A stretch of 64,000 nucleotides of DNA from Takakia lepidozioides (Eukaryota > Plantae > Bryophyta), in assembly GCA_030704615.1 (NCBI GenBank), contig CM060733.1, positions 22,134,001-22,198,000 on the forward strand, read 5' to 3'. The position numbers and the translations under genes are program-made. Numbering within the stretch: position 1 is the stretch's first letter; every line of letters starts with the position of its first letter. Of the stretch, positions 26,113-37,811 are shown in pieces. The notes under the pieces were generated by a model. The model saw only the letters and a program-made list of their open reading frames with translations, made no database searches and had not been told where the DNA came from.

Positions 26113-27937
26113 TCGGTCACTAAGGGTCAATTTTATCCCCTCCCCTACTTCCCCCACCCCTTGTAAAGAGCCTCAATTTTGAGCTGCCACTTCATCTTTT
26201 TGTTTTCAAAGAAGATAATAAAATGAATTTGAGAATATGATCTTTATGCATATACCACATTTATTCAAGTTTATCTAGCCTAATGGGGATTGAATTTATC
26301 GAACTAATCAAACTAATCAAGGTCAAAATGGTGATTACTTCACCGGAACCTGGATGAAATATTGGTCATGATGGATGAATTCTGCCATGTATAGATGACG
26401 GCCCAATCAAAATCCGCGGATGTGTGGAGGTCCATTTTTTATCCTCTTAATCTGCACGATCCCGACCGTTGAATGTCCATTGAGTGCATGCCAAGAGGAA
26501 TTGAGCCCCAAACCATTGGGGGGACAAGATCTGCACTTTATCCTCATATTAATGGACCCATAATGTGTTTTTGGAGGCGCCGCTTACCCGCCATAATGGA
26601 TTATGCAGGGCCCCCAAAGTAGCTAGTTATGGATTTGGATGGATGGACTATCCACCCTACATCCATTCTTTCCATCCAAGGAAAAACGCCACAACCGTCG
26701 GATCTGACTCAGATCCAACGGTGAGGAAGATGAGCGATTTGCCAAGTCTATATCGTGAAAGAGAGAGCTCTCTCTCTCTTTTGGTTTTTGTTTCCAGCCA
26801 GGCTGCTCGATCGGGCTGTGTGAGGGAGACAATGAGAGCGTGGAGCGAGCGAAATGTGAGCGTAGAATCTTTGTGAGCAAGGAGAGTACCTTAGATTTGC
26901 AAGGCAAGTCTGGAGTATTAGTGTTAGAGAGATTTGTAGGGTGGAGAATTAGCGTTAGAGATAAATTTTGTTTTAGGTCATGATCCAGATGAAATTTATT
27001 TGTTAGAGATTGTTAGTGTTAGTTTGAGTGTTCATTGTGTTATAGAGACGAGTTGCAACTAGCCTGCGAACAATGATGCAAGCCAACGGCGGGTTAAAGA
27101 TGACTCTTCCTGTTTCGAACGAAAAATAAGTTGGCTGGACCGTGTCGTTTGGCGTGCTTGGCGTGCTTGGTGTTTCACGAGCTTGGCGTTTACAAGGTAC
27201 TTGGGAGCGGTGTCAAGCTTGGTGTTTCTAAGTTAGGGTCAAGTTGGTATTAGGAGATTAGACCAGCAGTTGCAGCCAGCAGCTTGCCGGAGGAAGCAAG
27301 TTGTTGCTTTTGGCTCTTCATGTAGGTATCACGATGTGGTTTTTCCTTGCTGTTTACAAGGTATTGAAAGGTTCAACTTGGTCTTAGAAGAGCAGCAGCC
27401 CATGGCCAGCAGTCGTAGCCATCAACCTCAAAGCAGCTGCGGGCTATGACTCTTCCTCTAGATGTCACGATTTGGCTATGACGATTTGGTATTTCTTGGA
27501 CTAGGTATTTACAACGTACTTGGGAGGGTAAGTTTGGTTTCAGGAACCCCAGTAGACATAGCTGCGAGTAGGGAGGAGCGGGGACCAGCCCACAAGCATG
27601 ACGGGCTCCAGTAGCTCCAGTAGGTGAGAAATTCTCCAGTAGCTCCAGTAGGTAGAAATTCTCTGTTATAATTTTTTTTTAACGATTTTCAGCTTAGGTT
27701 TGTGCTATCTCTCTCTCTCCCTCTCTCAATCCTCTTTCTCTTCAGAATCTCTTTTTCTTTGTCAAATACCTTGAGGCTCTTTCTCCATCATTGAACACCA
27801 ACATTGGTGATGGCATATACAAATAATACTCACAAATATCTATGTTTGTGAACACAGTGCGGATGGTCTAAGCAAATACAAAACATCTCCTGCACAACAA
27901 ATACATGATTCAAGTTTGTTAATTCTTTTTGTATCAT

Positions 27938-28322
27938 AACACGATCTGAAACGGTGTGGCATTTAGCACACGATCACTGTTTCATATACATGTTGTGGCA
28001 TGAATTTGGTCTGAAACCTTGAAACCCTGAATTCATGAACAAATCTACATATCGAATTTATATTGAAACATAAATATCAATGGCTCTTGGAGCACATTCA
28101 ACATTCGGATTGGGATCTCACATACTAGTTCTTAACACGGTCTGAAATGGTGTGGCATTTAGCACACGATCACTGTTTCATTTACATGTGGCATGAATTT
28201 GGTCTGAAACCGTGAAACCTTGAATTCATGAACAAATCTAGATATCGAATTTAGATTCAAATATAGATATCAAATCGGTATTGGCATTCAACATTCGGAT
28301 TGGGATCTCACATACTAGTTCT
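27938..28322. repeat. ~195-bp tandem duplication
   Basis: AACACG.TCTGAAA.GGTGTGGCATTTAGCAC...GGGATCTCACATACTAGTTCT occurs twice. Confidence 0.85.
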
Positions 28323-29181
28323 AAATAGAATGTTAATTATATATTTATAAATGTATTAAAAACATAATATCAATATAAATATATATATCAGTATATATAT
28401 ATATACTTATATCATGTACATCAATATCAAATATATATACATATTTTTAAAATATTATCTGTTCTATATAATGTAGATTATATATTATATATGCATTATA
28501 TATATTTTGTTTATGTGTACATATATTATATATTTATTCATATTAAATTCATAAAAATATTCTATTCTATTTAAAATAATATGTGATATATATATGGAAT
28601 GAAGTAAATTTTCAAGTCCGGTCTCTGACTCGGTGGACTTCGGACCCTGTCACGAAGTCCATTCTGAGAACCAGAACCACCACCTTGCCATCACTAATAG
28701 TTGTCATGTCATAATGCAAACTCATATATAAGTTGGTGCAATTTGGTCAGACTAAATATTTATATTTATTTATTTATAGAGGTCCTTAGATCCTATGTTT
28801 ATCTGTCTCTCTTTTGGTGATGGACCTCAAACCCTATATCAAAGTCTATATATAGATATTATAGAGATTGCATTCAAATGTTCTTGTATATTTAAATGTA
28901 GTGGTCCTGCAATCGTTAATTGAGTTGTCTGGACAGCAAATTCCTCCAATTTCCCTTATTTTTTTGGGAGGGGCCCAAAAAATGGGCCCCACACTCAACG
29001 GTGGTGTTTCTCTGATTTTCGCCTGATTGGCCTGGAAATTTACAGGTGTCTGCAAGGGGTAGGTATGAGCATACAATCAGGTCAATTTGCCCAAAAACTT
29101 TTTTTTCGCTGAGATATTCTCATTTTTCTGAGCTGGGGTCCACTTTTTTCAAAACGTCAACATTGGGCATTGGGCGCTTAA

Positions 29182-29985
29182 CCCTTAAGTTCCCAAGCGA
29201 CCTCAATCGGTTCACTTTGAATTTGCAGTTCCACCTAATTTTTGCAGATCTAATCTGATGGGGCCCACTCCTGAAGCTTTTATGACAAGGGGTTTGTCTC
29301 GAGTATGATGCAAAAAACAAAATTAAAAAAAAAACAAAAGCTTCGACCTACAAAAAAATCTTAGATTTCTCATTTACGTTTTGGGGCCTAAAAAGGGCTT
29401 GTTGACCGCTGACGTGCATATTGCACTCCAAAGGCCATTTTTGGCAGAAAATTAGCAATTTTAGAAAAAGCACTTCACCTTGTGGTGTGTGAGCATTACA
29501 TACACACATCCACCATAGGCTTTTAAAAATTTTGTAGAAAAAAAAGTACTTCATTTGGAGGCACATTTTCTCTTGTCAATTTTGAGCTTTCAACCCCTAT
29601 GTAATTGCATGCATAGCAAGCATAGGTGAAAAAATCAGTTGGACCTGCAATTTAGTGGGGTCATAGCCACTCCACTATTGATTTGGAAATGGTGGGTCTT
29701 GGGGCAAGCAAAATTGGATAAAGCTAGGTTTTGATTTGGTCAAACCAATTTCTTTCTCACTTTTTCTTTGGGACATGATATTTGAGGTCCGGGCCAACGC
29801 TATAATCTCACAATTTCCACGGTGGACTTGGCTCATTTTTTGGTATGTCATGCATAAATGAGCTGGGCCCATTGCTATAAGGCTGGAATCTCTGGATGAT
29901 TTTCGGTAGGTTTCTAGGGGCAATTTACTGCAGCTGGGTACCGAAAATTGGTAAAAAGTCAAAAAAGGGCTTGGGAACTTAAGGG
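29182..29985. mobile_element. piggyBac-like MITE
   Basis: Perfect 17-bp TIR CCCTTAAGTTCCCAAGC (29182-29198 / 29969-29985), flanked by TTAA at 29178-29181 and 29986-29989. Confidence 0.75.
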
Positions 29986-30193
29986 TTAAGGGTTAAGGTA
30001 ATGGGGTGTGGGGTTAAGGTAATGTCGTAATGTCCTTAGATAATACAGAATGGGTTTATTTTAGCACTGAGATGCCATGTCAAGCCCTAACCCTAAGTAG
30101 ACTCCTTTCCCATCTATTCGCTCTTGTGTCACCCAGCAGTCTCTGTGTCTTGTTTGTTTGTTGTTGTTGAGCCACATACACAGGTCTGACGAG

Positions 30194-31685
30194 ATGGCAC
30201 GATACGACAGGGCCATTACAGTCTTTTCACCAGATGGCCATCTGTTTCAAGTGGAGTATGCACTCGAGGCAGTGCGCAAGGGGAACGCGGCAGTCGGGGT
30301 GCGTGGCATCGACTGCATCGTGCTAGGTGTCGAGAAAAAATCCACTGCCAAGCTGCAAGACGTTCGGTATCCCTTTCTCCCTCTCCTAGCTCTGAGTCAA
30401 TTTTCACTGCTCTCGGACGCTTGCACATGGGTAAGCTATGCTCTTGCTTTTAGTTTATGGGTGCAGTGAGTTAATGAATTGAGAATGTTCTGAGTGGGGC
30501 GTTGGGGTGCAGCACTGTGCGCAAAATATTGAAATTAGATGATCACGTAGCCCTGGCATTCGCAGGGCTGTCGGCGGACGCACGCGTGCTGGTCAATCTT
30601 GCCCGGGTGGAATGCCAGAGTCACCGGCTCACAATTGAGGACGCTGTCACTGTTGAGTACATTACGCGCTTCGTTGCTGGATTGCAGCAAAAGTATACGC
30701 AGAGTGGCGGGGTTCGACCCTTTGGCATTTCTACTTTGATTGTGGGATTCGATCCCCACACCGGCACTCCATCTCTTTTCCACACTGATCCAGCTGGCAC
30801 GTTCTCAGCATGGAAAGCCAATGCAACAGGGCGCAATTCAACCTCCGTGCGAGAGTTTCTTGAGAAAAATTATACAGAGACATCTGGGGTTGAGACTGTG
30901 AAGCTAGCTGTGCGAGCTCTTCTGGAAGTAAGTACTTCATTCGCGTGCCATTTGCATGTGTAACACTTCTGATTTTGAGCGACGACCTATTGCATGTTGA
31001 AATGTGTGATCATTCTTCTCTCTCCATCCCATGTTTTTATCTGTGTTCTGATTTAAAGTGGAGGTGATGTGAGGCTTGGTCGGTTTTCGGGCTTGCTTTC
31101 ACTTGCTCTAGGTCTTGATCAGAGTAATGGAGAGCTATCATGTTTTTCAAGCTTCTTAACAATGACACAGTTGGATATCCAAGTATATGAGATCTGCTAG
31201 CGATTACCATGATGGAAAATGTGGTATATATTTGAAAGGGTTTTTGATGATCGCATTGAACTGATACATTTTGAGCATAATTTTGTCTTTGAATGTTCAA
31301 ACGCAAATTCCTTAAAGGTTTGCTGCAATTTCTGAGGTACACCACCATTAGGTTGTGTACCCAGCAGTACAAGGGGACAGAGATAAAATGACATGCCTGG
31401 TAACATCCTGCAGACAGGATGGGTTGTTGATATGGGTGACAGATGATCAGTGGTACATTACTGTTGCGTCCAAAATGCAAGTCGTCGAAGTAAAAGAGGA
31501 CTGAGCTGAATTTGGAATGCTGGCAGGTGGTAGAGAGTGGTGGAAAGAACATTGAAATTGCAGTCATGACAAGGGACAAGGGATTGCGGTTGCTGGAGGA
31601 TGCAGAAGTCGAAGTGATTGTAGCAGCCATTGAGGCAGAGAAAGCTGCTGCAGAAGCAGCTAAGAAGGGTCCTCCCCGTGACTAA
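30194..31685 (+). CDS. PAD1: 20S proteasome subunit alpha-4 (alpha type-7); exons 30194-30366, 30513-30927, 31527-31685; 248 aa
   Basis: [30 protein letters not shown]...[13 protein letters not shown]...[14 protein letters not shown]. Both GT-AG introns are in phase and the frame is intact. Confidence 0.96.
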
Positions 31686-32747
31686 TAGTGACTGATAATA
31701 GGGGCAACTTGCCCAAGAAAGTCCTGTGGCAAAATCTGGCCACACCAATTGGGGCCCTTGTTGAAGGCCTGCTTGGTGTCATTCACCAGGGAAGTTTTAC
31801 AGGTGCACTGTCAAGTTCACCTCATAGTGGTCAGCAAACCAATTTTTCACTCTAACCCTGGTTAGCTGATAAGTTGCGACTCTTGTGTACAGCTAGGTAA
31901 GGAAAGAAAATTGACCATGCACCTTCATTTTCACTGCTGAATGTCTACACTTTGGTTATCCAGCAAGTGTGGCCTGGCTATGGCGGCATGGTTGCATGCA
32001 TGCATACCATTTGATCTGGATTTTTGCCTGTGGTTTCTCACTAATTTGTAGTTGTAGGTGGTAACCCCATTGTGTTGATTTTTATCACCCCCTTTGTACT
32101 GCTCAAGGAGTGTGTGGGTAGGTATAGTCATGGTGCTTTATATTCGGGCTTTCCTCAATCTTTCCAACCTCACTCTAACTGGTGGTGACATTGTGTATAC
32201 TTGTTGGAAGTCACTTCAAAGAAGCCAATCAATATTATGACCTTGACACCTTAAAGCTTCTTCTTGAAAAGAGTCTAGTTTGTAGTGCCACAAGTTTAAG
32301 GTACTTCTTTGATGGAATCAGGAAGAGGTAGAGATACTGATTCTGGTGAGGTAAATTGGCTCTTGTCAGCAACATCTGGCAGGTCTAATGAAGCTGACAC
32401 ACATGCTTGGCGTTTGTTTTTTCTTTATCTTTTCCATATTTTTTCATTTTTGCTAGTAAAGGGAAACACCTGGGAGTGACAGATCACAGATCAGGTCCCT
32501 CACTGTCATTTTAGAATTCTAGCGACAACCGAAGGTCGGAAGGAAGCTAGTTTAGCCTAGAGCAGGAATAGGATGCCATAGTGCCACGTCATCTTCGCCA
32601 CGGCATCGTCGCACGTCGTCGTCGTCGTCGTCAAATGTGTTGGAACCTGCCCAAAATGCCAGCGCGGGGAAGGGATGATGACGTCCCCGCATCCTTGAGC
32701 GCGAACGGATTTGTTTCACACACCGATCGCAGATGGAGACATTTGCA

Positions 32748-34310
32748 GATTATGAGTACACCGCAGGAGCTCTCACAGGAATTTGCACGATGGTGGGACA
32801 ACCACAATCGCAAGGTGTGGCTTTTTCTTAATGTACGATGTAAAGAAGTTTGTCCATCCTGCAAATGTGGGCTCTTGGCTTCTGTTAGCACCATGATTTG
32901 GTATTCTATGCTTACAAGGCCACAAGGCTACGGCAAACAACGTCTTATGAGTACAATCTATGCTTACAAGGTTCTTGGGCGAGTCAGCTTGGTCTTAGCC
33001 GGCTGTGTTTCAATCTCTGTCTGCTCAGCTGCACCGTGGTGGTTCTCACAGACCAATCCGACATTACCTGACTACAGACACAAGCAGCACACACAAGAGG
33101 TCCTTTTGGGTTGATGGTCTCCAGGGGTCATGACAGAAGGTCAAGGACAATGTGGTGAGGGCACCTTCTTCTTCGACCTATTTCTGCCTGTTTTGCCATC
33201 TCATCAGACTCGGCCCTGAGATGCATATTGAATTTTGTAAGTTATCGTTGGGTGGATCTGTGGTGGTTTGGAGTGATTTTGACAAGTTGCTGCCGATGTG
33301 GCAGCAGGAAAGTATCCAAAAACAGATAACAGAGATGAGGAGAAGCTTTGGAATGAACACTTTCCCGACCCCAGTCAATGGTGAGGCAATGGAGACAAAA
33401 AGGTGAATGCCTGTTGGACTACAGAGAGAAGCAGATGCAATTCAGAATTGGAACTACTGTAATAAGTAGGGTTGGGGTGTTTGCTGGAAGAACTTCACGC
33501 CGTCACTGTGAGCTGCTAGCAGCAAGGCTGAGGATGTATTCATGATTTGTACACAGGCAGGGATAGCCGAAGGAGCAGGGATAGAGGTCCAGATTCATCC
33601 AAGAGGGCCCGATTTCAAACACAAGATTACTTCTGATTCCCTGTGGATCAATAGCACAAGAAATCTGCGTGGATAGATGATCAACTGGAAACAGCAGCGG
33701 CAGCAGCACAATTGATAGAACAAGGCACTGCTAATGAAGGCACCTTCTTCCACACATTTCACCCTGTTTTTCCCTGTTATCAGAGTCGTCCCTAAATTTT
33801 CATGTTGAATTCTGCAAGTTAGCTCGTTGGTGGATCTATGGTAGTTTTGGAGTGATTTTGACATGTTACTGCCAATGTGGCAACAGGAAAGTATCGAAAA
33901 ACAGATAACAGAGACTAGGAGAAGCTCTGGAACGAATACGTTTCCGACCCGTCAATGGTGGAACAATCGAGGCAAAAAGGTGAATGCTGTTGGAAGCAGA
34001 CGCAAGTAAGCATAGGAACTAGTGTGATAAGTAGGCTTTGGGTGTTTGCTGGAACAATTCTAGGCTGTCATTGTCAGTTGCTAGCAGCAAGGCAAGGATG
34101 TATGCATGATTTGTGCAGAGGCATGGATAGCTGAAGGAGCAGGGATAGAGTGTGGGTCCAGATTCATCCAAGAGGGCCGGATTTCAAGCTCCAGATTACC
34201 TATGATTCCCTGTGGAAGGATAGCTACAAGAAACCTGCAGGGTTAGATGGTCAACTGGAAGCCGCAGCAGCAGCGGCACAATTGATAAAATCTGGCACTG
34301 CTACTCAAGG
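32748..34310 (+). pseudogene. OSB/PTAC9-type PDF-motif repeat pseudogene (three repeats, each split by an intron)
   Basis: Repeat 1: ARWWDNHNRK|TNPTLPDYRHK. Repeat 2: EKLWNEHFPDPSQW*GNGDKK|IHPRGPDFKHKITSDSLWINS. Repeat 3: ..WWNNRGKK|IHPRGPDFKLQITYDSLW. These match the WWDNRxxKxNPxxPDFKHK..LW PDF motif. Includes a ~580-bp tandem duplication (33225-33790 / 33802-34355). Confidence 0.75.
32920..32956 (+). mobile_element. 37-bp LINE 3'-tail insertion with 15-bp TSD
   Basis: TSD TCTATGCTTACAAGG at 32905-32919 and 32957-32971. The insert matches the LINE tail at ~22620-22657. Confidence 0.8.
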
Positions 34311-34361
34311 CACCTTCTTCAACACATTTCACCCTGTTTTCCCCTCTTATCAGAATCAGCC

Positions 34362-34930
34362 CAAAAAGAGATCCATGCTGACATCATCAAAGCTGGAATT
34401 AATGTGGATGACAGCCTTGTTAACATGTATGCTAAATGCGGGAGCATTGATGATGCTCGTCAAGTGTTTGACAATATGACTGAACGAGGTGTGGGTTCCT
34501 GGAGTGCGGTGATTGCAGGATATGCTCAGCATGTTTGGTAAGGAGGCTTTTGAGATCTATGAGCAAATGCTACAGCCAGGGGTGACCCCTGGTTCGGTCA
34601 CCTTCATTTGCATTCTCAATGCATGTGCCCTGGAAAAGGGCAGAAGGGTTCATGCTGACATTATCAAAACTGGAACTGGGTCATATGTTAATTTGGAGAA
34701 TACCTTAGTGAACATGTATGGTAATTGCGGGAGCCTGAAGGATGTGTGCCAAGTGTTTGGCAATATGGCTGAACGAGATTTGGTCTCATGGAAGACAATG
34801 ATTGCAGGATATGCTCAGCTTGGTTTCAGTAAGGAGGCTTTCAAGAAGTATGAGAAAATGCGAGGGGAAGGGCTGATGCCCGACAAGGTCACATTCATCT
34901 GTGTGCTCAATGCTTGCGCCAGCCTGACAT
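34362..34930 (+). pseudogene. PLS-class PPR fragment
   Basis: KEIHADIIKAG...NMYAKCGSIDDARQVFDNM and ERDLVSWKTMIAGYAQLG...PDKVTFICVLNACASL. Frameshifted and truncated at both ends. Confidence 0.88.
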
Positions 34931-35939
34931 TGCAAAAATGGCGGAAGCATATGTGTATGGCTGGCTGTATAAAATTTTGATTTCTTCTCGAGTTCCGTCT
35001 CTTGGATATTGTTTGTAGGTGGACCCATCGATGCAGGACGAAATGGGCATGTGTGGCGGAATTTTTTGTGCAACAAACCAATGGACCTTCTAAGTGTTAC
35101 CATGATGTGGTTTGTGATTGTGCAGGAGCGTGCGGTTTTCGACATTGCATTCAACAAACGACATGCTTTCCAAGTGCTCTAGAGCGGGATTGCAGCAGAG
35201 GACCGTGTTGTAGCTCTGGGAGAGCTTGACAATGCCTTCATGGATCGGCTCATGAAAGATATTGGGTTGTGGACCACAGTCCTAGATCATGGTATGTCAT
35301 CAGACCTAACAGACCTTGTTAACAGACCTTTTAAACAGACATTGTCGTTGGCCACGAACGTAGACCTTCTAGCAGACTTTATCCCAGAGCATGTAAACCA
35401 TGACAACCAGGAGACGTTCTAAAGCAAACCACGTCAAGCATCAACCCCCCATGTTCCGTTTGTTAGCAGACTAGGGATGAGTGCTTTGTTTTTGACATGT
35501 TGCAGAATATGATCCAGAGGACGAGTTTGTTCGGAATGCTCTTGACCAATACGCCAATGGCGCAAGGCAACTTCTAAGAGCCCTCCGTGGCCATACTGGA
35601 GTCGAATCACCCGTTAAATGCAGGCTTATTGGAGTTCGTACAACAACAGACACACAGAACCCAACTCCCATGGAGACCCATGAGGACCGCAGCGAGCAAA
35701 CCGTAGAGCGAGCAGACCCTTCCCAGCGAAATCCCGAACATGCAAACCAGCAGACCTTGATAACGGAGAACAAGAAACAGTAGACCCCCGACTGGATTGC
35801 CAGTACTCCCAAGCCAGACAATGTGGTGAGACACCCTAAGTCCGAGGCTCGCTTGGGTGACAATAACTTGTCCTTGCAAAAACAAACTTTTGTGGAGGCA
35901 TTGCACACCTTACCCGAAATTACCGGGGAGACCTTGGTT

Positions 35940-36500
35940 ATGCAGACCTTTCCAGATAACTTCCACAACACGGGACATGAGCAGACCTTTTCACCCAGAG
36001 CAGACCCCTGCCGTGGATAGCAGACGTGGGCAGACCAGTGCAGGCCAGAGCAGACCACAGCAGACGCGACAAGACCAGACAAGAGTAGACCACACCAAAT
36101 CAGACCAGACCACCCCACACCAGACAAGACAAGAGCAGACCACAGAAGACCAGACCACACCAGACCAGACCACAGCGAATGACTCCTGACGAGCCGAGTG
36201 CACAACAGACCATACCCCAGAAGACCAGAGGATACCAAACCATACCACACCAGACCACACTAGACCGTATCAGAGCAAATATGTCCCGACAAGTGCAGAC
36301 TTGATCAGACCTTGCTGGAGCAGAGGAGAGAAGATCAGACCTTACCGGAGGACGCCCTGCCTGGTACATTGCTTGACAAATGCACCGCAGAAGTGCATGG
36401 CGACACAGGTATGGACGTCGACACCTCACCATTCCAACATCAGCAGACCCTGCCAGTGCAAGACATCAGACCATCTAAGGACCTGGCGACCAGGAAGCAA
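35940..36500. repeat. CAGAC/CAGACC pentamer-rich array
   Basis: Dozens of CAGAC(C/A) units, which produce the LVWSG-type ORFs on the minus strand. Confidence 0.85.
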
Positions 36501-37811
36501 GGCCGATCCTCCCTGGCACTTACGAGTTGCCGAAAATGAGAGGAACAATTCATTTCCCTCCCACTGCAACATCTGCTAAGAAACGGAGAATGGTAGTGGA
36601 CCTTACCCTTGCCACCAAACCTTCTGACACAGCACAGCCTGAACAGAACCGAGAAGGCGTCGGTGCTCATTTATGTATAGTACAGACCAATGCTACAGTT
36701 GCAACTATGGACTATGACAGTTTGGTCGGTGACCTTCCATATCTGTTAGAGGCAGGGTCTATTGCAGATGACGATGCATCTTTGGCCGTTTTGCCGCTTA
36801 CTTTTGTGGACCCCGACTTGTCTATAGAGGGGGATGCTGAAGCGTGAGCATGTGAGCGCAGCGACGCTTACGCCACGTCAGCAGTTCATGCCACATAGGC
36901 GGCCGCGTTTGACTCCACGTCATCACATCCTGCCAGCTTGGTAGACGCCACGTCAAGGCATGTTGACGTCATTTACATAGGCAGCAACCTATAACCGCGG
37001 GCCGAAAAAGTAGAAGGGGCCCATAGCCGTGGAGTTGTGCATTCGGCACAAAGGGAACATATGTCGGAGATGTTGAATGATTGTGTTTGCAGAGACCGAA
37101 TATACAATGGTTGTGGATGAATTCATGAGGATGATAGACACTGAATGTGGATGTCACGCTACGAATGTGGATGAATGTGGATGAAATCTAATGGATGAAT
37201 GTGCAATGAGAAAATCCCTCATGAAGCACATGATAAGATTTAACCAATGTCTGTCATTTGGGGAAAGGTGGACCGATGAAACCTATGTAGAATAAGACAA
37301 CACAGCAGATGCCAGGCACATATTCCATTCTTTGATATTTTCCCACTGGTTACTGGAGCATTTTCCATGTGCAGCACGCTTCACTTTTGTTTTCCACTTC
37401 AGTGTCGACACATAGCGAGCCATTTGAGCACCACACTGGAGGAACGGACCATATCACCACACTGAAGTGGCTGTGGACTGTCAATGCAACCTGGTCGCCT
37501 TGCTAGTGAGGTACAATGTGCCAATATCTCTCGGTAGAGCACCAACATTTTCAAGCTTATTCATTAGTTGTAAGCATACCCATTAAAGTTGTGTATGACG
37601 AGTTCGAGGTCTTTCACATTGTGCAACAAATTTTTTGACCGACAGAAATCATATTTGCAAATGCATACAAGCCTTGAAATTGAGGAACGAGCGTTCAACG
37701 ACATTACCAGGCATGTATACAGAATTGTATTACATAAATGTGTGGGAACACAATAGGTGTGGCACTTGCCACATGCCCGGAACCAAAACCGGACTACATT
37801 GACGCATGGTC

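Noticed and set aside
13500-28700. CACTA terminal inverted repeats for the En/Spm element
   Set aside because: Several CACTA/TAGTG pentamers occur, but I found no matching pair with a 3-bp TSD, so boundaries are not reported.
31037-31630. 197-aa minus-strand ORF
   Set aside because: Antisense to the proteasome gene's intron 2 and exon 3, with no recognisable motif.
35471-36432. Long minus-strand ORFs rich in LVWSG
   Set aside because: Translation artefacts of the CAGAC repeat array.
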